Positions 57,519-64,000 of a DNA stretch of 64,000 bases are shown one piece after another. The notes beneath the pieces were generated by a model. That model saw only the letters and a list, made by a program, of their open reading frames with translations, ran no database searches and had not been told where the DNA came from. Position 1 is the stretch's first letter; each line of letters starts with the position of its first letter. This stretch comes from Desulfobacterales bacterium (lineage in GTDB: Bacteria; Desulfobacterota; Desulfobacteria; Desulfobacterales; UBA5616), in assembly GCA_046483495.1 (NCBI GenBank), contig JAWODC010000009.1, positions 32,001-96,000 of the forward strand, in the 5' to 3' direction. The translations under genes and the position numbers were made by a program.

Positions 57519-59204
57519 TTAAGCCAGAAGCATTTCCGTGATCGGTGCTCCCGACGGGACCATGGGGTAAACACACTCCTCCGGTTCGACGACAAAATCC
57601 ATAATGACCGTTTTCGGTGAAGCGAGTCCTTCCCTCAGCACCGGTTCTACTTCCTCGACTTTTTCGGCCCTCAAGCCCAGAGCGCCGTAGGCATGGGCGA
57701 GTTTGACAAAATCGGGACCGTAAGCCATGCAGGTATGGGAATACCGCTTTTGATAGAACAGCTCCTGCCACTGCCGAACCATCCCCAGAAATCCATTGTT
57801 TAAAATTACCACCTTCACCGGAAGCCGATGTTCCAGCGCAGTGGCCATCTCCTGGATGTTCATTTGAATGCTTCCGTCTCCGGCGATATCCACCACCAGC
57901 TTGTCCGGGCAGGCGACCTGCGCACCGATGGCGGCCGGCAGACCGAACCCCATGCAACCCAGACCTCCCGAGGTGATAAAATGGTTGGGGCGGTCGAAAT
58001 GGTAGTATTGTGCCGCCCACATTTGGTTTTGTCCCACTTCCGTCGTAATGATGGCGTTTCCGTGTGTCAGTTCATACAGTTTTTCCACCACATACTGCGG
58101 TTTGATGACCGTCGATTGCTTGTAGGCCAGGGGTTTGGTGCTTTTCCATTCCTCGATCCGGTTGAGCCACTCCTGTCGTTGGGCTGGAAATTCGGCGAAA
58201 TCCTCTTTCTCGAGCAGCGTATTCATATGGGTCAGCGCGGCGTTGCAGTCCCCGACGATGGGAATGGAAACGGGTATGTTTTTATGGATCGAGGTGGGAT
58301 CGATATCGACGTGTACGATGGTGGCCTGTGATGCAAAAGCATCCGTTTTGCCGGTCACCCGATCGTCGAACCGGACTCCCACGGCAATCATCAGGTCGCA
58401 ATTCGCCGTGGCCATGTTGGCCCTGTAAGTGCCGTGCATCCCCAGCATGCCGAGCCACAGCGGATCGGAGCCCGGAAAGGCGCCCATTCCCATCAGGGAG
58501 CCCAATACGGGGATTTGGGTTTTTCGGGCGAATTCGGTCAACGCATTCGACGCCTTGGACAGAATGACCCCGCCGCCTGCAAAAATAACCGGCCGCCGGG
58601 ATTTCCGGACAAGGTTGACCACTTTTTGAAGCTGCTTGGTGTTGGGGCTGTAATTGGGATGATAGGACCTGAGTTTCGGAGGATCCGGCTTCCGGTAATC
58701 GATTTGGGCATTCATCACATCCTTTGGGAGATCGACCAGCACCGGGCCGGGGCGTCCCGACCTGGCGATGTGAAATGCCTCCTTGACGATTTCGGCCAAA
58801 TCTTCGGTGCGCTTTACCAGGTAGTTGTGCTTGGTGCAGGGCCGGGTGATGCCCACGATATCGACTTCCTGAAAGGCGTCGTTGCCGATGAGGTGGGTGG
58901 GAACCTGGCCGGTGAACACGACCACGGGAATGGAATCCATGTTCGCCGATGCAATTCCCGTTACGGTGTTCGTGGCGCCGGGACCGGAGGTCACCAGGCA
59001 AACGCCGACCTTGCCGCTCGCACGTGCATATCCATCGGCGGCATGCACGGCGCCCTGTTCATGGCGGACCAGGATATGTCGAATATCCGTACGCAGGAGT
59101 TCGTCATAGACGTCCAGCACAACGCCTCCCGGATACCCGAATATTGTGTCGACACCTTCTTCTTTTAGGGTTTTCATCAATATTTGAGTGCCTTTAAGTT
59201 TCAT
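57519..59204 (-). CDS. ilvB: Acetolactate synthase large subunit
   Basis: FGYPGG, RHEQGA, TSGPGATN, RFDDRVTG, GDGSIQMN..NN, GMVRQWQ. Confidence 0.97.
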   Translation of the reverse strand: MKLKGTQILMKTLKEEGVDTIFGYPGGVVLDVYDELLRTDIRHILVRHEQGAVHAADGYARASGKVGVCLVTSGPGATNTVTGIASANMDSIPVVVFTGQVPTHLIGNDAFQEVDIVGITRPCTKHNYLVKRTEDLAEIVKEAFHIARSGRPGPVLVDLPKDVMNAQIDYRKPDPPKLRSYHPNYSPNTKQLQKVVNLVRKSRRPVIFAGGGVILSKASNALTEFARKTQIPVLGSLMGMGAFPGSDPLWLGMLGMHGTYRANMATANCDLMIAVGVRFDDRVTGKTDAFASQATIVHVDIDPTSIHKNIPVSIPIVGDCNAALTHMNTLLEKEDFAEFPAQRQEWLNRIEEWKSTKPLAYKQSTVIKPQYVVEKLYELTHGNAIITTEVGQNQMWAAQYYHFDRPNHFITSGGLGCMGFGLPAAIGAQVACPDKLVVDIAGDGSIQMNIQEMATALEHRLPVKVVILNNGFLGMVRQWQELFYQKRYSHTCMAYGPDFVKLAHAYGALGLRAEKVEEVEPVLREGLASPKTVIMDFVVEPEECVYPMVPSGAPITEMLLA

Positions 59205-59274
59205 TGCATTATTTCCATTTCGGCGGGGAAAATCCCGCATGTTAATTTCGGTACAAAGTCATGCCGACCAAGCC

Positions 59275-60948
59275 TCATGTCATCACCGCCCCCTTGTCCG
59301 CGGAAGAAACCCGAGCGGCATATCGGGCCATGTAGCCGTGTTTGATCTTCAGTTCGGGGGGGTGCCAATTCTCAAGCCGGTTTCTCATTTCGGATTCGTC
59401 GATACGCAGCGTAAGCGTCTTCTTCGGGATGTCGATCGAAATCATATCCCCGTTACGGATAACGGCAATCGGCCCGCCCTGCATGGCCTCGGGGGAAACG
59501 TGACCAATGGCCGCGCCCCGGGTCCCGCCTGAAAACCGGCCGTCGGTGATCAACGCGACACAATCATCCATTCCCATTCCGGCGATGGCGGATGTGGGCG
59601 TCAGCATCTCCCGCATCCCCGGCCCCCCCATGGGACCCTCATACCGGACCACGATGACATCGCCTTTTTCGATTTTACCGGATAAAATGACCTCGGTGGC
59701 ATCCTCTTCCGAGTCGAAAACACGGGCGGGGCCTGTATGGGAAAGCATTTCATCGAGAACGGCCGATTGCTTGACGACACAGCCGTCCGGCGCAAGATTG
59801 CCAAACAATACGGCCAGTCCGCCTTCCGTATGGTAGGGATTTTCCGGCGGTCGAATGACATCCGGGTTCAGGACCCGGCATTGGGAGATATTTTCTCCGA
59901 TGGTCCGACCGGTTACCGTGATGCAGTCTTCCCGGATAAGACCGATTCCGGCAAGGACTTTCATCACCGCGGGAATTCCGCCGGCGTGGTCAAGGTCTTC
60001 GATATGGTGGATCCCTCCCGGACTCAGTGAGCACAGGTGCGGGGTTTTCTCACTGATGCTGTTGATCAGGTTCAGATCGATCGATATGCCCGCTTCATGG
60101 GCAATCGCCGGGAGGTGCAGCACGGTGTTGGTCGAACAACCGAGTGCCATATCCACGGTCAGGGCATTGATAAACGCCGACTGGGTCATTATTTTTTTCG
60201 GGGTGATATTGCGGTTCAAGAGATCGATAACGCGCATTCCGGCTTGCTTTGCAAGACGTATCCGTTTTGCCATAACGGCGGGAATCGTGCCGTTGCCGGG
60301 AAGCCCCATCCCGACGGCTTCGGTAAGGCAATTCATGGAATTTGCCGTGAACATGCCGGCACATGATCCGCAGGTCGGGCAGGCTTCATTTTCGATTTTT
60401 TCCAGTTCATCCTCGGTCATGCGACCCGAACGCACGGCGCCGACGGCTTCGAATACGGAGATCAAGTCCAATTTGCCTGCGGCTCCGTCGCCGCCGGGCA
60501 GCTTTCCCGCGAGCATGGGGCCGCCGCTGATCACTACGGTCGGAAGGTCCAGCCGTGCGGATGCCATGAGCATTCCGGGAACGATCTTGTCGCAGTTGGT
60601 GACCATGATTATCGCGTCAAATGCATGAGCCTTCGCCATGACTTCAATGGAATCGGCAATGAGTTCACGGCTGCCGAGGGAATATTTCATCCCTGTGTGA
60701 TTCATGGCGATGCCGTCGCAAACCCCGATGACGCCGAATTCCACGGGTAGTCCTCCCGCCATGTAAACGCCGGCTTTAACGGCTTCGGTAATGCGGTTTA
60801 AGTGGACATGGCCGGGGACAATGGCACTTGCGGAATTGGCGATGCCCACAATCGGCCTTTTCACCTCTTCGTCGGTGTAACCCATGGACTTGAACAGCGC
60901 CCGGTGGGGGGCCCTCTCGATGCCTTTTTTCGCAATATCACTTTTCAT
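59275..60948 (-). CDS. ilvD: Dihydroxy-acid dehydratase
   Basis: [47 protein letters not shown]. Confidence 0.97.
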   Translation of the reverse strand: MKSDIAKKGIERAPHRALFKSMGYTDEEVKRPIVGIANSASAIVPGHVHLNRITEAVKAGVYMAGGLPVEFGVIGVCDGIAMNHTGMKYSLGSRELIADSIEVMAKAHAFDAIIMVTNCDKIVPGMLMASARLDLPTVVISGGPMLAGKLPGGDGAAGKLDLISVFEAVGAVRSGRMTEDELEKIENEACPTCGSCAGMFTANSMNCLTEAVGMGLPGNGTIPAVMAKRIRLAKQAGMRVIDLLNRNITPKKIMTQSAFINALTVDMALGCSTNTVLHLPAIAHEAGISIDLNLINSISEKTPHLCSLSPGGIHHIEDLDHAGGIPAVMKVLAGIGLIREDCITVTGRTIGENISQCRVLNPDVIRPPENPYHTEGGLAVLFGNLAPDGCVVKQSAVLDEMLSHTGPARVFDSEEDATEVILSGKIEKGDVIVVRYEGPMGGPGMREMLTPTSAIAGMGMDDCVALITDGRFSGGTRGAAIGHVSPEAMQGGPIAVIRNGDMISIDIPKKTLTLRIDESEMRNRLENWHPPELKIKHGYMARYAARVSSADKGAVMT

Positions 60949-60985
60949 GATCCGGGTTTTCTCCATTTCTGAAAAATAGTTTCAT

Positions 60986-61034
60986 AAAAAAAAAGACCGT
61001 TATCAGCTTCGGGCTGATAACGGTCTTTTTTTTT
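60986..61034 (-). terminator. Attenuator terminator upstream of ilvD
   Basis: 13 bp stem GACCGTTATCAGC / GCTGATAACGGTC with a 9-nt U tract, between the leader peptide and ilvD. Confidence 0.93.
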
Positions 61035-61049
61035 AAATTTTGGGCTAAA

Positions 61050-61145
61050 TCAGGCCATTACCAACCCTTCCCCACCGTAGACGACGACGCCTACGACGAG
61101 GATAATAATAATGCCGATAAGGTTGTTAAGGGCCATAAGATTCAT
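61050..61145 (-). CDS. ilv leader peptide (31 aa, not in ORF track)
   Basis: My translation is MNLMALNNLIGIIIILVVGVVVYGGEGLVMA, an Ile/Leu/Val codon run directly before the terminator. Confidence 0.9.
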   Translation of the reverse strand: MNLMALNNLIGIIIILVVGVVVYGGEGLVMA

Positions 61146-61210
61146 TCAGATATCGATTCGCTTCAGCGCCCATCCTTAAATTGTGAGCGCAATTTAAAAT
61201 TTAATGCCCT

Positions 61211-61239
61211 CTTTTAACGATGTTTGATACATATGTCAA
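61211..61239 (-). promoter_or_regulatory. Candidate sigma70 promoter of the ilv operon
   Basis: TTGACA-17 bp-TAAAAG upstream of the leader peptide. Confidence 0.65.
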
Positions 61240-61309
61240 GAAATTTAAAAGCATGAAATGCGGGGGTGTTCAACCACCGGCAATTCGGGTCTGGAGTAGC
61301 GTAAAGTAA

Positions 61310-63280
61310 TTATTCTCTATAGATCAGATCCTTATGGGTATCGATCAACTGATTCACCACCAAAGGATCCGCCAGTGTGGTTGTATCTCCCAGGTCTTCA
61401 TAGTCGTCCGATGCGATTTTTTTCAAGATCCGGCGCATGATTTTACCGGACCGTGTTTTGGGAAGCGCCGGTGAAAAATGGATAACGTCCGGCGTCGCAA
61501 TGGGGCCGATTTCTTCTCGGACGTGGTTTTTCAGATTTTTTATAAGCACATTGTCCGGCATGACATTCACGCGAAGAGTGACATAGGCATAGATTCCCTG
61601 ACCCTTAATCGGGTGCGGGAATCCGGTGACCGCCGCTTCCGCGACATCCGGGTGGGCGACCAGGGCGCTTTCCACCTCGGCGGTGCCCAGGCGGTGACCG
61701 GAGACGTTTATGACGTCGTCCACGCGGCCGGTAATCCAAAAGTAACCGTCTTCATCACGCCGGCAGCCGTCCCCTGTCAAATAATAGCCGTCAAACGGTA
61801 GAAAATACGTCTGCTCCAATCGCGTATGATCTCCGAAAACGGTCCGCAATTGGCCGGGCCAGGGCTGCTCGATGGCCAACAGCCCCTGTCCGGTTCCATG
61901 GATTACGTCGCCTTTTTCCGTGAGCAGGACCGGCTTGACGGAAAAGAAGGGAAGGGCGGCGGAACCCGGTTTCTGGCCGATGGCATACGGCAGGGGGGAG
62001 ATCATAATGCCGCCGGTTTCCGTCTGCCACCATGTATCGACGATCGGGCATCTTTCTTTTCCGACATGCTTGAAGTACCACATCCATGCTTCCGGGTTGA
62101 TGGGCTCGCCGACGGTACCCAGCAGCCGGAGGCTGGACAGATCATAGGGAAGAACCCATTCTTCTCCCTGGGCCATCAGTGCTCGAATAGCGGTGGGCGC
62201 CGTATAAAACTGATGGATACGCCATTTGTCCACCACGGCCCAGAATCGGCCCGGATCGGGATAATTCGGAACGCCTTCGAACATAAGCGTCACGGCGCCT
62301 TGAGAAAGCGGTCCGTATACGATATAGCTGTGTCCGGTTATCCAGCCGATATCGGCTGTGCACCAGTATCGATCGCCGTCGTGGTAGTCGAAAATGTATT
62401 TGAACGAGACGCCCGTATACACCATGTAGCCGCCCACCGTATGCTGTACGCCCTTTGGTTTTCCGGTGGAACCGGACGTATAGAGGATAAACAGGGGATC
62501 TTCTGCGTCCATCCACACGACCGGACATTCCGGGTCGGCATCCTTGACCATGTCATGCCACCAGATGTCCCTGCCGGATGCCATGGGTATTTTCGCACGG
62601 CTCCTTTTCACCACGATGCAGTTGTGAACGCGATGATGGCGGCGTTCACAAATCGCCATGGCGGTATCGGCATTTCGCTTCAGATCGACGGCCTTATCCC
62701 CGCGCATGAACCCATCAGCGGTAATCAATAATCTGCAGCCGCTGTCCAAAATGCGGTCCGCAAGGGCCTCCGCTGAAAATCCCCCGAATACGACACTGTG
62801 AACGGCTCCGATACGCGCGGCCGCAAGCATGGCAACGGCCAGTTCGGGGATCATCGGCATGTAGACGGCTACACGGTCCCCCTTTTTGATTCCAAGTGAC
62901 CGCAGACAGTTGGCAAACCGACAGACCTGATCATAGAGGTGTCCGTACGTCAGAACACGGTCTTCTCCCGGCGTGTTGCCCTCCCAGATCAACGCCGGTT
63001 GATGCCTTCTGCTTTCGAGGTGCCTGTCAATGCAGTTGTAAGTGATGTTTGTCTTGGCGCCGATGAACCATTGAATGTAAACAGGGCCTTTAGAAAGGTG
63101 AAAATTGTAATCCCGGACCGATGTCCATTTTTCTTCCCAAAAAAACGTTTCCGCCATATCCCCCCAGAACCCGTCCGGATCTTCCATGGATTTTCGGTAA
63201 AGTTCTTCATAATCATCCCTGGAATTTATCCAGGCCTCTTTCCGATGGTTTCCCGATGCATGGAACATGAATCCATTCAT
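61310..63280 (-). CDS. acs: Acetate--CoA ligase (AMP-forming)
   Basis: [48 protein letters not shown]. Confidence 0.97.
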   Translation of the reverse strand: MNGFMFHASGNHRKEAWINSRDDYEELYRKSMEDPDGFWGDMAETFFWEEKWTSVRDYNFHLSKGPVYIQWFIGAKTNITYNCIDRHLESRRHQPALIWEGNTPGEDRVLTYGHLYDQVCRFANCLRSLGIKKGDRVAVYMPMIPELAVAMLAAARIGAVHSVVFGGFSAEALADRILDSGCRLLITADGFMRGDKAVDLKRNADTAMAICERRHHRVHNCIVVKRSRAKIPMASGRDIWWHDMVKDADPECPVVWMDAEDPLFILYTSGSTGKPKGVQHTVGGYMVYTGVSFKYIFDYHDGDRYWCTADIGWITGHSYIVYGPLSQGAVTLMFEGVPNYPDPGRFWAVVDKWRIHQFYTAPTAIRALMAQGEEWVLPYDLSSLRLLGTVGEPINPEAWMWYFKHVGKERCPIVDTWWQTETGGIMISPLPYAIGQKPGSAALPFFSVKPVLLTEKGDVIHGTGQGLLAIEQPWPGQLRTVFGDHTRLEQTYFLPFDGYYLTGDGCRRDEDGYFWITGRVDDVINVSGHRLGTAEVESALVAHPDVAEAAVTGFPHPIKGQGIYAYVTLRVNVMPDNVLIKNLKNHVREEIGPIATPDVIHFSPALPKTRSGKIMRRILKKIASDDYEDLGDTTTLADPLVVNQLIDTHKDLIYRE

Positions 63281-63478
63281 GGCGGTCCTTTCGATATAGT
63301 CGGCAGTTATAATAGAAAGATAAGATAGATCCATCAAAAAATGTATTTAATTCATAGTATGAATAATGCTTATCAGAATTGCAGGGCAATTACAATTTGT
63401 TTTATGAAGATACCGGTGGTATGAAATTGGTTGTTGCAGGATGGGCACTTCTTTTCACCTATCGAACAGGAGGATACC

Positions 63479-64000
63479 ATGAAAGTGTTGGCATTCAACG
63501 GCAGTCCGAGAAAGGCCAAGGGGGCGACAGACCGCATTCTTCAGCAGTTTATGGAGGGAGCCCGGGAGGCCGGTGCGGATACGGAGACCATCTATCTGGC
63601 CGACCACCGGATCAACTATTGCACCGGATGCTTCAACTGCTGGCTGGTGCGGCCCGGCACCTGCGTTCACAACGACGATATGCCGGCGATCCAGGAAAAA
63701 ATGGATCACGCCGATGTGCTGGTCTATGCTTCTCCCGTTTACGTGGACGGCGTTACCGGTCAGATGAAAACGTTTATGGACCGGCATATCACCCGTTGCC
63801 TGCCGTTTATCGAGATTGCAAACGGCCACATGCGGCATCCCCGGCGACGTGAAGACATCGATCCTCATAAAATGGTATTTATTTCCACCTGCGGATTCGG
63901 TGAAATGGACAATTTCGACCCGATCGTTCAGCACATGGAGGCAGCCGCAAAAAACATGAGGGCCGAGTTTGTCGGCGCCCTGGTTCGTCCCATGGGTCCT
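63479..64000 (+). CDS. Iron-sulfur flavoprotein / FMN reductase family, 3'-truncated by window edge (not in ORF track)
   Basis: My translation is MKVLAFNGSPRK..CTGCFNCW....TC..DDM..ASPVY..MKTFMDR; AGGAGG SD. Confidence 0.9.
   Translation, partial: MKVLAFNGSPRKAKGATDRILQQFMEGAREAGADTETIYLADHRINYCTGCFNCWLVRPGTCVHNDDMPAIQEKMDHADVLVYASPVYVDGVTGQMKTFMDRHITRCLPFIEIANGHMRHPRRREDIDPHKMVFISTCGFGEMDNFDPIVQHMEAAAKNMRAEFVGALVRPMGP

Noticed and set aside
57502..58020. N-terminal extension of IlvN in the ORF track
   Set aside because: It overlaps ilvB in another frame; homology and a GGAG SD support a start at 57501.

Overview
Bacterial chromosomal segment whose gene content points to Desulfobacterota (sulfate-reducer-like deltaproteobacterium); this is inferred from the split atpZ-I-B-E operon, rpsF-rpsR without ssb, the ilv operon with cimA, and a second dnaA. 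In order, the window holds: an LPS core/lipid A cluster; yicC-remA-gmk-rlmB-icd-comF-pgeF; pyrK; the Fo half of ATP synthase; uvrA divergent from a DnaA paralogue; glcD-like and suhB genes; the rpsF-rpsR-yybS-rplI-dnaB-hflX run; a salt-adaptation block (proVWX plus porin, and an AT-richer sigma54 two-component system with ktrBA beside tRNA-Lys); a degenerate Tpt1/KptA; hemL; pyrD; the ilvD-ilvB-ilvN-ilvC-cimA-leuA cluster with a leader-peptide attenuator; acs; and a partial Fe-S flavoprotein. The best leads are (1) the osmotic locus, with a candidate Na+ riboswitch before proV and a sigma54-driven Ktr operon led by an unknown pseudo-receiver/Cys protein; (2) a DnaA paralogue lacking the arginine finger and with a rewritten recognition helix; (3) several families of gene-less palindromic repeat cassettes that supply the stop codons of neighbouring genes; and (4) a KARI with an acidic cofactor loop. 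No CRISPR array, rRNA, transposase or integrase gene was seen. All calls were made by eye from motifs; no searches were run.
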